Source of the DNA: a bacterium
Lineage (GTDB): Bacteria; Bacillota; Clostridia; Oscillospirales; Butyricicoccaceae
Length of the DNA: 64,000 nucleotides
Direction: 5' to 3'
Assembly (NCBI GenBank): GCA_963601915.1
Contig: CAVCGL010000001.1
Location: forward strand, 60,649-124,648
Shown: piece after piece, positions 41,856 through 50,445 of the stretch
Layout of the letters: every line of letters starts with the position of its first letter
Position numbering within the stretch: position 1 is the stretch's first letter
Notes under the pieces: model-generated
What the model was told of the DNA's origin: nothing
The model's input: the letters and a program-made list of their open reading frames with translations, nothing else
Databases searched by the model: none
Made by a program: the position numbers and the translations under genes

Positions 41856-43556
41856 ATGGATACCACGAACATTATGGCGATATTGGCAGATCATGCCTCC
41901 GCCATAGACACATCTTGGACGCTGCTCGGCGCGGCGCTCGTATTCTTTATGCAGGCAGGCTTTGCGATGGTGGAAACCGGCTTTACCCGTTCTAAGAACG
42001 CCGGCAACATTATCATGAAGAACCTAATGGACTTTTCGCTCGGCACACCGATTTATTGGCTGATTGGCTTTGGCATCATGTTCGGCGGCACCGGTGCTCT
42101 CATCGGCGGCTTCGACTTCATGACCAATGGCGGAGAAGGCGGTTTTACCACGCTGATTTTCCAGACCGTGTTCTGTGCAACCGCAGCAACCATTGTTTCC
42201 GGCGCTATGGCAGAGCGAACCAAGTTTAGCTCGTACTGCATCTATTCCATGGTCATCAGTGCGGTGATTTATCCGATCTCCGGTCACTGGATTTGGGGCG
42301 GCGGCTGGCTGTCTCAGCTCGGTTTCCATGATTTTGCCGGTTCCACCGCTGTACACATGGTTGGCGGCGTGGCTGCTCTCGTCGGTGCCGCTTTTCTTGG
42401 CCCGCGTATCGGCAAGTATGACAAGAACGGCAAGCCGAAGGCAATTCCGGGTCATTCCCTGACACTGGGCGCTCTGGGCGTATTCATTCTGTGGTTCTGC
42501 TGGTTTGGATTTAACGGTGCATCTACCGTTGCTATGACAAATGGTGCATATGAATCCGCAGCTTCTGTTTATGTCACAACAAATATGGCTGCTGCCGTTG
42601 CAACCGTTACGGTTATGTGTGTCACTTGGATTCGTTACGGCAAGCCGGATGTATCTATGACGCTGAACGGCTCTCTGGCTGGTCTGGTAGCAATTACTGC
42701 CGGTTGTGATTTGGTTACTCCGCTTGGCGCAGCAATCATTGGTATCTGCGCAGGCTTCGCTGTAGTATTCGGCATTGAATTCGTAGAGAAGGTACTCAAG
42801 ATTGACGATCCGGTTGGTGCTGTTGGCGTACATGGTGTCAATGGTGCACTGGGCACACTGCTGACCGGTCTGTTTGCAAAGGATCAGGGTCTGTTTTATG
42901 GCCACGGTGCACATTTCTTCCTGGTTCAGCTGCTCGGTGTCGTTTGCGTCATCGCTTGGGTTGCTGTGACCATGACCATTGTATTCTTCATCATCAAGCA
43001 CACCATCGGTCTGCGTGTATCCGAAGAAGAAGAGGTTCGCGGTCTGGATGTCATGGAGCACGGTCTGGTTTCCGCTTATGCAGACTTTATGCCGATTCCG
43101 ACTGTCAATGGCTTTTACAAGGAAGAAAAGACAAAGCAGACAGTGCCTGTCGAAGAAGCAATTCCGGCTACGGAAGTTCCGTCCACAAGTACAGACGGAC
43201 ACAAGCTGTCCAAGGTTGTTGTCATCTGCCGTCAGTCCCGTCTCGAAGTCCTGCGTGATGCGCTGGAGGAAATCGGCGTAGCAGGTCTGACCGTGACCAA
43301 TGTTCTTGGCTGTGGTGTAGAGAAGGGTGCAACCGAGTATTATCGCGGCGTTGCTGTCAGCACGAGCCTGCGTCCAAAGACGAAGGTAGAGATGGTTGTC
43401 AGCAAGGTTCCGGTAGAACAGGTTGTCGATACCTGCCGCAAGGTGCTGTATACCGGTCATATCGGTGATGGCAAGATCTTTATCTATGATGTACAGAACG
43501 TCATCAAGGTTCGTACCGGTGCCATCGGCTATGATGCGCTGCAGTACGAAGATTAA
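41856..43556 (+). CDS. amt: Ammonium transporter (Amt/MEP) fused to a C-terminal PII (GlnB/GlnK) domain
   Basis: GGAGG RBS and ATG 41856. Amt motifs FFMQAGFAMVETGF and DFAGSTAVHMVGG, then a linker, then a PII domain from about 43206 (GLTVTNVLGCGVEKGATEYYRG...GDGKIFIYDV). Confidence 0.92.
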   Translation: MDTTNIMAILADHASAIDTSWTLLGAALVFFMQAGFAMVETGFTRSKNAGNIIMKNLMDFSLGTPIYWLIGFGIMFGGTGALIGGFDFMTNGGEGGFTTLIFQTVFCATAATIVSGAMAERTKFSSYCIYSMVISAVIYPISGHWIWGGGWLSQLGFHDFAGSTAVHMVGGVAALVGAAFLGPRIGKYDKNGKPKAIPGHSLTLGALGVFILWFCWFGFNGASTVAMTNGAYESAASVYVTTNMAAAVATVTVMCVTWIRYGKPDVSMTLNGSLAGLVAITAGCDLVTPLGAAIIGICAGFAVVFGIEFVEKVLKIDDPVGAVGVHGVNGALGTLLTGLFAKDQGLFYGHGAHFFLVQLLGVVCVIAWVAVTMTIVFFIIKHTIGLRVSEEEEVRGLDVMEHGLVSAYADFMPIPTVNGFYKEEKTKQTVPVEEAIPATEVPSTSTDGHKLSKVVVICRQSRLEVLRDALEEIGVAGLTVTNVLGCGVEKGATEYYRGVAVSTSLRPKTKVEMVVSKVPVEQVVDTCRKVLYTGHIGDGKIFIYDVQNVIKVRTGAIGYDALQYED

Positions 43557-43594
43557 CAGACAATCCCTTAATCAATCCTTTATACATGTTCAGA

Positions 43595-43632
43595 GAAAAG
43601 GTCCGCGCAGCAATGTGCGGGTCTTTTCCTCT
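43595..43632 (+). terminator. Terminator after amt::PII
   Basis: GAAAAGGTCCGCGCA-GCAA-TGTGCGGGTCTTTTC (the stem includes G:U pairs), followed by a T-rich tail. Confidence 0.6.
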
Positions 43633-43675
43633 TTGCATTCTATGAAAAAATGGCATATACTAGAAGCTGTTAGAG

Positions 43676-44374
43676 GTGATTTGTTTGAAAAAGAACTTGT
43701 TGAAAACGCGGCTGCTCATGTACTTCGCTGGATTGTTTATCATGACAGCGGGCATCGCCGTATCCGTCAAATCCAATCTCGGTGTTTCACCGGTCAGTTC
43801 GATTCCGTATACCATTACCTGCGTGTGGGGCATTGAGATGGGCAAGGCAACTATTTTGTTTCATATTGTCTTGGTGCTGCTGCAAATTCTAATTTTGCGG
43901 CGGGCATTCCGTATCAAAAATCTTTTGCAGATTTTGGTCGGCGTGGTGTTTGGCTATTTTACTACATTTTGCAATTGGTGTGTGGCGTTTTTGCCGACGC
44001 CGGAAAATCTGGCCATTCGCTTGGGCATGATGCTGTGCAGCACGGTACTCATTGCGGTTGGTATTTTCTTTTATCTGCCGCCGGATATTATGCCGCTGGC
44101 GGGTGAGGGCGCCATGTCGGCGGTCTCTCAGGTGACAGGCATTGCCTTTTCAAAAGTCAAAATCGGCTTTGATGTGTCAATGGTTACTATTTCGCTGATT
44201 ACTTGTCTATTGTGCATTCATAGCTTGGGCAGTGTCGGCATCGGAACCATTATCGCGGCCTTTTTGGTCGGCACGATTTTGGGTCTTGTCACGAAAAAGT
44301 TCGGCGCGTGGAGAAATCATATCTTGCAGCTCGATCCGCCTGCGCGGGCAAAGGAACTGGAAAACGTGCAGTGA
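43676..44374 (+). CDS. YczE/YyaS/YitT-type (DUF6198-like) integral membrane protein
   Basis: LMYFAGLFIMTAGIAVSVKSNLGVSPVSSIPY start and about six TM segments. The start is uncertain (GTG 43676, TTG 43685 or ATG 43718). Confidence 0.7.
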   Translation: MICLKKNLLKTRLLMYFAGLFIMTAGIAVSVKSNLGVSPVSSIPYTITCVWGIEMGKATILFHIVLVLLQILILRRAFRIKNLLQILVGVVFGYFTTFCNWCVAFLPTPENLAIRLGMMLCSTVLIAVGIFFYLPPDIMPLAGEGAMSAVSQVTGIAFSKVKIGFDVSMVTISLITCLLCIHSLGSVGIGTIIAAFLVGTILGLVTKKFGAWRNHILQLDPPARAKELENVQ

Positions 44375-44444
44375 GAAGAACCTTGGTATAAAATTTGTGT
44401 ATTTCGGGAAACTAAAGGTAAATAAGCCTTTGGAGGTAATACGC

Positions 44445-44801
44445 ATGAAAAAAAGATGGGGCATGATGGGCATGTCTGTTTGCCTGTTGGCACTGCTGCT
44501 CACGGGCTGCGGCATGTCCAATACCGCAACGGATCAGAATACAACGACGGAGACAGAGACGCAGACGCGAACCGATACCGGTTCAGGCTCTGGATGGGTA
44601 GACGAAAACGGCGATGGCATCATTGGCAATGATGGCACCGGCTATACAGAGGACAATGGCTCTGTCACAGGCGATGTGGAAAGTGCGGCGGATGATTTAG
44701 GCCGTGCCGTCGAAAACGGCGCAGAAGACGTCACGGACGGTGCCGTCGGAGATACCCAGACCAATCGCACGACAACGGACGAAACAACGACAAAACGATA
44801 A
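44445..44801 (+). CDS. Lipoprotein, acidic Thr/Asp/Gly-rich
   Basis: GGAGG RBS and ATG 44445. Signal peptide with lipobox LLLTGC, followed by low-complexity mature sequence. Confidence 0.7.
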   Translation: MKKRWGMMGMSVCLLALLLTGCGMSNTATDQNTTTETETQTRTDTGSGSGWVDENGDGIIGNDGTGYTEDNGSVTGDVESAADDLGRAVENGAEDVTDGAVGDTQTNRTTTDETTTKR

Positions 44802-44805
44802 AAAT

Positions 44806-44838
44806 AAAGCGGCAGCTGAAGTTTCAGCCGCCGCTTTT
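44806..44838. terminator. Bidirectional terminator (lipoprotein gene / ilvA)
   Basis: AAAGCGGCAGCTGAA-GT-TTCAGCCGCCGCTTTT, with one mismatch. Confidence 0.8.
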
Positions 44839-44857
44839 GCGTATATGCGTATGAATG

Positions 44858-46069
44858 TTATTCTGCGCCGACAGTGCAGGTATAGCCTGCGCTGACAATT
44901 GCCTGCTGCAAAGCCTGTCCCTGTTCCTTGCCGCCGACTTCACAAACGACATGTACGATCGCTTCGTTGATGTCGAGGTTTGCGTTGACGCGGTCGTGCT
45001 GGAACATGATGATGTTTGCATTCTGCTCGGCAATGATGCCAGCCAGACGCTCCAGAGAACCCGGCACATCCGGCATGACAATGTTGAACTTCATGTGACG
45101 GCAGCGGGTAACCAGACCCTTTTCTACAATACGATGAATGAAGCTTACATCAATATTACCGCCGGACAGAACGCAAGCGACCTTCTTACCGGAGAAATCA
45201 CGCTTGCCAGCGAGCAGAGCCGCCAGAGAGGAAGCACCTGCCGGTTCTACCACCTGCTTGGTGCGCTCGAGCAGCAGCAGAATGGTTGCGGCGATGTCAT
45301 CATCGGATACGGTTACCATGTCATCAACAAAGGCGTTGATGTGCTCCATGGTCTTGGTGCCCGGGCACTTGACGGCAATACCGTCTGCAATGGTGTGCAC
45401 GTAGTCGCTGGCAATGATGCCTTCCTGATGGAAGGAGTTTGCGATTGCCGGTGCGCCCTCTGCCTGTACGCCGATGACCTGAATGCGCGGGTTGATCTGC
45501 TTCACGCAAGCAGCCACGCCGGACAACAGTCCGCCGCCGCCAGCCGGAACCAGAATGACATCAACAGCCGGCTGATCGCGCAGGATCTCCATGCCGATGG
45601 TACCCTGACCTGCCATAACATCCTCGTCATCAAACGGATGGATAAATGTAGCACCGGTCTCTTCTACAATTTCCATTGCCTTGGCATAGGCATCATCGTA
45701 GCAGGAGCCGGACAGAACTACGTTTGCGCCGTAGCCCTTGGTTGCAGAAACCTTGGCAATCGGGGTGGAACGCGGCATGCAAATGGTAGCCGGAATGCCA
45801 ATCTGTCTTGCGGCAAAAGCAACACCCTGCGCATGATTGCCTGCGGAAGAAGCGATAACGGATTTCAGTCCGCCTGCCTCGTACAGCTTCATAATCTTGT
45901 TGTATGCGCCGCGCACCTTAAAGGAACCGGTCTTCTGCTGGTTCTCGCATTTCAGAAATACCTCTGCGCCGGTCATGCCGGAGAAGGTAGTCGAAGAGGA
46001 GAGCGGGATATTATGAACGACCGGCTGCAGACGCTGCGCAGCTTCGTCGATGTCTTTGATTGTGATCAT
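44858..46069 (-). CDS. ilvA: Threonine ammonia-lyase (threonine dehydratase), short form with one ACT-like domain
   Basis: AGGAGGAA RBS. PLP site ENQQKTGSFKVRGA, SSAGNHAQGVA, GGGGL and a C-terminal regulatory domain. Confidence 0.92.
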   Translation of the reverse strand: MITIKDIDEAAQRLQPVVHNIPLSSSTTFSGMTGAEVFLKCENQQKTGSFKVRGAYNKIMKLYEAGGLKSVIASSAGNHAQGVAFAARQIGIPATICMPRSTPIAKVSATKGYGANVVLSGSCYDDAYAKAMEIVEETGATFIHPFDDEDVMAGQGTIGMEILRDQPAVDVILVPAGGGGLLSGVAACVKQINPRIQVIGVQAEGAPAIANSFHQEGIIASDYVHTIADGIAVKCPGTKTMEHINAFVDDMVTVSDDDIAATILLLLERTKQVVEPAGASSLAALLAGKRDFSGKKVACVLSGGNIDVSFIHRIVEKGLVTRCRHMKFNIVMPDVPGSLERLAGIIAEQNANIIMFQHDRVNANLDINEAIVHVVCEVGGKEQGQALQQAIVSAGYTCTVGAE

Positions 46070-46218
46070 TGGTAATCATTTCCTCCTGTTTGCTTTTTAT
46101 TTTGATTCCGTTTTATTGTATCATTCCTGTATAAGGAATTCAAGGGATTTGGTTGTATTTCAAAAACTTCCCTGTTATAATAAAATAAGAATAAAATAAC
46201 AGGAAATGAGGTTATTCG

Positions 46219-46782
46219 ATGGCACATTATGACTTGAAAACGTCGCAGCTGCGCGATTATGTTGGGGTACTCAAAGCGGGAGATACGGTATCTCTGACGG
46301 GCACCGTTTACACCGCACGCGATGCGGCACATAAGAAAATTCTGGCCGCACTGGAAAATGGCGAGCAGGTACCGTTTGATATTCAGGACTCTGTGGTATA
46401 TTATGCAGGCCCGACACCGGCAAAGCCGGGACAGGTCATCGGCTCCTGCGGTCCGACAACTTCCGGTCGTATGGACCCGTTTTCTCCGACTCTGATTGAA
46501 AAGGGTCAGGTATGCATGATTGGCAAGGGTGTGCGCAATCAGAAGGTGCATGATGCGATGCAGAAATACGGTTGTGTCTATATGGTTGCCATCGGCGGCG
46601 CAGGTGCGGTGATTGCAGATTCCGTCAAGTCGTTGGAGGTTGTTGCCTATGATGAGCTGGGCTGTGAGTCGGTCAAGCGTCTGACGGTTGAAAATTTCCC
46701 GGCTATCGTATCTATGGATGCGCAGGGCGGCAGTCTGTATGCAACCGGTATTGCACAGTTCCGCACAGCGGACAAAGACTGA
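46219..46782 (+). CDS. Fe-S hydro-lyase beta subunit (class I fumarate hydratase / L(+)-tartrate dehydratase, C-terminal type)
   Basis: GTVYTARDAAHKK, GSCGPTTSGRMD and MIGKG motifs. No alpha-subunit gene is adjacent. Confidence 0.85.
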   Translation: MAHYDLKTSQLRDYVGVLKAGDTVSLTGTVYTARDAAHKKILAALENGEQVPFDIQDSVVYYAGPTPAKPGQVIGSCGPTTSGRMDPFSPTLIEKGQVCMIGKGVRNQKVHDAMQKYGCVYMVAIGGAGAVIADSVKSLEVVAYDELGCESVKRLTVENFPAIVSMDAQGGSLYATGIAQFRTADKD

Positions 46783-46941
46783 TGAAATTTTGTCGGAAAT
46801 TTCTGTAAAACTTGTGAAAATAGACATGGCTGATGGAATATCGCGGCAAGTTGATAAACAATGAATCAAAAAAATCAAAGTAATTGCTCAATGAAGGATT
46901 GAATAGCAAAAAGCATCTGACGAAAAGGGCGCATGGCATGA

Positions 46942-46970
46942 TTGACAAGTAACATTTGTTACGATACAAT
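46942..46970 (+). promoter_or_regulatory. Sigma-A promoter TTGACA-17-TACAAT for the hydrogenase gene
   Basis: Hexamers at 46942-46947 and 46965-46970. The spacer holds the palindrome GTAACA-TT-TGTTAC (46949-46962). Confidence 0.7.
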
Positions 46971-46974
46971 ACAT

Positions 46975-46992
46975 TTGTTAAGAATAAAACAA
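46975..46992 (+). promoter_or_regulatory. Rex-like operator candidate TTGTTAAGAATAAAACAA
   Basis: Matches 12 of the 14 specified positions of the remembered clostridial Rex box TTGTTAA-N4-TTAACAA. Located just downstream of the -10. Confidence 0.35.
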
Positions 46993-47022
46993 GCTCGCAT
47001 TTTGGGAAGAGGAGAGGCGTGC

Positions 47023-48450
47023 ATGAGAAGTTTTGAGACCGACGTCCAAAAAATAAAATATAAGGTACTTCGTGCAGTGGCGGAACACGCGCTGAACGAA
47101 AAAATGGAAGATGTATACTATTCCGTTCCGCTTGAGGTTATTCCGGGCAGAAAGCCGACGATGCGCTGTTGTATTTATAAGGAACGTGCAATTGTTGGTG
47201 AGCGCGTGCACACAGCGCTGGGCGGAGACCGCGGCGATAGCGTGATTCAGGTCATTGACATCGCCTGTGACGAATGTCCGGTAGATCGTTACACCGTCAG
47301 CAATGCCTGTCGTGGATGTCTGGCACATCGCTGCATGAAGGCCTGTCCAAAGGGCGCGATCAGCAGAACCAAATCCGGCAAGATGGAAATTGATCCGGAA
47401 AAATGCATTCACTGCGGACGCTGCGCAAAGGCCTGTCCGTATGAGGCAATTACCGAGAACGTTCGTCCGTGTGAGCGCGCCTGCAAGGTCGGCGCTATCA
47501 AGATGAATGACTTGCAGAAGGCTGAAATCAATTATGACAAGTGCATCAGCTGCGGTGCCTGCGTGTTCCAGTGTCCGTTTGGTGCAGTGATAGACAATTC
47601 TTCCATTGTCGATGCGATTAAGCTGCTTCAGCAGGCGGACCATCGCGGCTACTACACCGTGGCGATTGTCGCTCCGGCGATTGCCTCGCAGTTCAAGGGC
47701 GTCAAGCTGGGACAGGTCAAGCAGGCACTGCGCAACTTGGGCTTCCATGATGTTGTCGAAGCAGCACTCGGTGCCGATATGGTCGCAAAGAAAGAGTCTA
47801 AGGAGTTGGCGGAAAAGGGCTTCCTGACCTCTTCCTGCTGTCCGGCCTTTGTCAGCTACATCAAGAAGCACATGCCGGAAATGGCGGAGCATATCTCGCA
47901 CAACCTGTCTCCTATGGCGGAACTTGGCAAGTACGTCAAGGAAAACAGCGCATGGCCGGTGAAAACCGTATTTATTGGCCCATGTACCGCGAAGAAGGAA
48001 GAGCAAAAGCTGGAGCATGTCCGCCCGTGGGTAGACTGCGTGCTGACCTTTGAGGAAATGGTCGCGCTGCTGGATGCAGCGGACTGTGCACCGGAGGATC
48101 AGGGCGAATTGCCGATAAACGATGCTTCGTATTTTGGCCGTATTTTTGCTCGCTCCGGCGGTTTGACCGAAGCGGTTGTCGAGAGCATCAAGGAGCAGGA
48201 AATTGACTTTGAGCCGAAGGCAGCGGTTTGCAGCGGCATCGAACAGTGCAAGGTTGCTTTGCTCAAGGCAAAAATGGGCAAACTGGCGGAGAACTTTATC
48301 GAAGGCATGGCGTGTGAGGGCGGCTGCGTCAATGGTGCAGGTGCAATCAGTCATCTGCCGACGGATAAGCGCTCGGTAGATACTTTTGCAAAGACAAGCT
48401 CGAAGGACGGCGTCAATATGTCGGTCGGCAGCTACGAGACCAAATTCTAA
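47023..48450 (+). CDS. [FeFe]-hydrogenase, monomeric multi-FeS type
   Basis: GAGGAGAGG RBS and ATG 47023. H-cluster motifs TSSCCPAF (L1), GPCTAKKEE (L2) and EGMACEGGCVNGAG (L3), plus several N-terminal CxxCxxCxxxCP ferredoxin motifs. Confidence 0.88.
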   Translation: MRSFETDVQKIKYKVLRAVAEHALNEKMEDVYYSVPLEVIPGRKPTMRCCIYKERAIVGERVHTALGGDRGDSVIQVIDIACDECPVDRYTVSNACRGCLAHRCMKACPKGAISRTKSGKMEIDPEKCIHCGRCAKACPYEAITENVRPCERACKVGAIKMNDLQKAEINYDKCISCGACVFQCPFGAVIDNSSIVDAIKLLQQADHRGYYTVAIVAPAIASQFKGVKLGQVKQALRNLGFHDVVEAALGADMVAKKESKELAEKGFLTSSCCPAFVSYIKKHMPEMAEHISHNLSPMAELGKYVKENSAWPVKTVFIGPCTAKKEEQKLEHVRPWVDCVLTFEEMVALLDAADCAPEDQGELPINDASYFGRIFARSGGLTEAVVESIKEQEIDFEPKAAVCSGIEQCKVALLKAKMGKLAENFIEGMACEGGCVNGAGAISHLPTDKRSVDTFAKTSSKDGVNMSVGSYETKF

Positions 48451-48551
48451 TCAACAGAAGCGAAACACCAGAGACAGATTTTGTTTCTGGTGTTTTTTCT
48501 ATGTCTTGATGCATAAGATGGGAGAGACGATACAAAGGGAGGCGTGTGGAT

Positions 48552-49106
48552 ATGCCTACTGTTTTTCTCAGCCCATCTACGCAGGAATATAATGCGTATT
48601 ATGACGGCATGGGCAGTGAAGAATATTATATGAATCGGATTGCAGATGCCATGGTGCCGGATTTGGAAGCGTCCGGCATTACGGTTTTGCGCAACAGCAC
48701 CAGCGATACCGCGGTCACAAGCGCGCAGAAATCCAATGCGGGAAACGCAGAGTTTCATCTGGCGATTCATTCCAATGCCGCACCGGAGAACCTTGCGGGG
48801 ACTCTGCGCGGCACAGATGTCTATTATTATACCGGCAGTGAGCAGGGCAGACGAGCGGCAGATATTTTTGCCAATAATTTCAGTCTGATTTCTCCGACAC
48901 CGCAGCTGGTCGATGTCATTCCGACGACCAATTTGGCGGAGCTTCGCCGTACCGCTGCGCCAGCTATTCTCATTGAAATCGCATACCACGATAATCCGGA
49001 TGATGCGAACTGGATTCGAGCCAACATTCGGGATATTGCGCGCAATCTGTCGGTATCCACGGCGGATTATTTCGGTGTGCCGTTTCGCCAGGCGGTGAGC
49101 GGGTGA
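48552..49106 (+). CDS. N-acetylmuramoyl-L-alanine amidase (Amidase_3 type)
   Basis: GGGAGG RBS and ATG 48552. VFLSPSTQEYN, FHLAIHSNA and PAILIEIAYHDN. Confidence 0.82.
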   Translation: MPTVFLSPSTQEYNAYYDGMGSEEYYMNRIADAMVPDLEASGITVLRNSTSDTAVTSAQKSNAGNAEFHLAIHSNAAPENLAGTLRGTDVYYYTGSEQGRRAADIFANNFSLISPTPQLVDVIPTTNLAELRRTAAPAILIEIAYHDNPDDANWIRANIRDIARNLSVSTADYFGVPFRQAVSG

Positions 49107-49987
49107 ATGTTCGCTGGATGATTGTGCAGGGGCGAACTGTGTTTACCGCAGGCATTGTGCTTGCGGCTCTGCTGTTTGCGGGCGGGTGCCTGTTTTCTCA
49201 TCAAGTGTCTGTGTCCGCTGATCAGCCGGTCGTTTTGCTGCCGACAGCGATGTATCACAGCGTGACCGATGAAGGAGAGTCACCGGTACAGTATGTTATT
49301 TCGCCGTCTATGCTCGAGCGCGATCTGCAATATCTTCAAGCACACGGGCGGGAGACGATTACCATTCATGATTTGCTTGCTTATGTGAAACACGGCACAG
49401 AATTGCCGGAAAATCCAGTGCTATTGACGTTTGATGACGGATATTATAACAATTATAAATACGCGTATCCGCTGCTCAAACAATATGGAATGCAGGCGGT
49501 GCTCTCGCCGGTCGGCAGTCTGACCGAGCAGTTTTCTCAAACCGACGATACAGAACATGAGGTCTGGTCGTACTGTACCAAGCAGGAACTCAAGGAAATG
49601 GCGGATTCCGGTGTGATCGAGATACAAAATCATTCGTATGATTTTCATGAGCTGAAGCCGCGCAAGGGCTGTCTGCGCATGGCAGGAGAGACCGAAGCCG
49701 CATATCGCCAGTGCTTTTTGTCCGACACGCAGCAGGCGCAGGATTTGTTTGTGTCAATCGGCATCTCGGCACCCGTGTGCTACACCTATCCATACGGTGC
49801 AGTGAATGCCGAGACGGCGGCACTGACAGAGGTGTACGGCTTTCCGGTCACCTTGAGCTGTGAAGAAGGGGTGACGGCAATTACACGTGATACCGCGTGC
49901 CTGAAGGGGATTCGGCGCAACAATCGAGACGGCAGGCTGACCAGTGAACAGTTTTGGGATGCCCTGCTTGCGAAAACGGAGGGATGA
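49103..49987 (+). CDS. Polysaccharide deacetylase (NodB homology) with N-terminal membrane anchor
   Basis: GTG 49103 overlaps the amidase stop as GTGA. LLTFDDGYYNNY, and YHSV/NHSYDFH His motifs. Confidence 0.82.
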   Translation: MNVRWMIVQGRTVFTAGIVLAALLFAGGCLFSHQVSVSADQPVVLLPTAMYHSVTDEGESPVQYVISPSMLERDLQYLQAHGRETITIHDLLAYVKHGTELPENPVLLTFDDGYYNNYKYAYPLLKQYGMQAVLSPVGSLTEQFSQTDDTEHEVWSYCTKQELKEMADSGVIEIQNHSYDFHELKPRKGCLRMAGETEAAYRQCFLSDTQQAQDLFVSIGISAPVCYTYPYGAVNAETAALTEVYGFPVTLSCEEGVTAITRDTACLKGIRRNNRDGRLTSEQFWDALLAKTEG

Positions 49988-49989
49988 CG

Positions 49990-50280
49990 ATGGGATGCAA
50001 TGCTCCAAACGGCTGCCGCATCGCGGATCTGCGCTGCAAAGAGGTGATTAGCATCAGCGATGGCAGTCGTCTCGGTTACGTCAGCGATGTGGAGATTGAC
50101 ACGTGCACCGGCAGGCTGTCGGCGATTGTCGTACCGGCCAAAAATAATTTGGCATTTTGGAATCGAAAACAGGACTATGTGATCCCGTGGGAGGCGATTC
50201 GCCGCATCGGCGATGACATTATTTTGACCAGCTTTTGCGCCAATGCACTGGAGTGGTCGGGAAATGCAAAAGAATTTTGA
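49990..50280 (+). CDS. ylmC: YlmC/YmxH-family PRC-barrel sporulation protein
   Basis: GGAGGG RBS and ATG 49990 (an alternative ATG lies at 49984). DLRCKEVISISDGSRLGYVSDVEID...YVIPWEAIRRIGDDIIL. Confidence 0.75.
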   Translation: MGCNAPNGCRIADLRCKEVISISDGSRLGYVSDVEIDTCTGRLSAIVVPAKNNLAFWNRKQDYVIPWEAIRRIGDDIILTSFCANALEWSGNAKEF

Positions 50281-50445
50281 AAAAACGCGAAAATTTTTCT
50301 TGCGTTTGACACGGCGGTATGTTACACTTATCAAGTATGAAAAATACGCACACATCGCGTAAGCGGCGTGGTGCCCTGTGGCATAGACGCAGGGTCGCTG
50401 CCAAATGGAACGATGTGGAGGAAACAACTTTAGGAGGATATTTCA

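Noticed and set aside
50335-50445. GC-rich leader of rpsB-tsf, examined as a ribosomal-protein autoregulatory leader
   Set aside because: Only short local hairpins could be paired by hand (CGC-GTAA-GCG and CCCTG...CAGGG). There is no recognisable conserved structure, and the upstream promoter (TTGACA-17-TATCAA) lacks the invariant final T.
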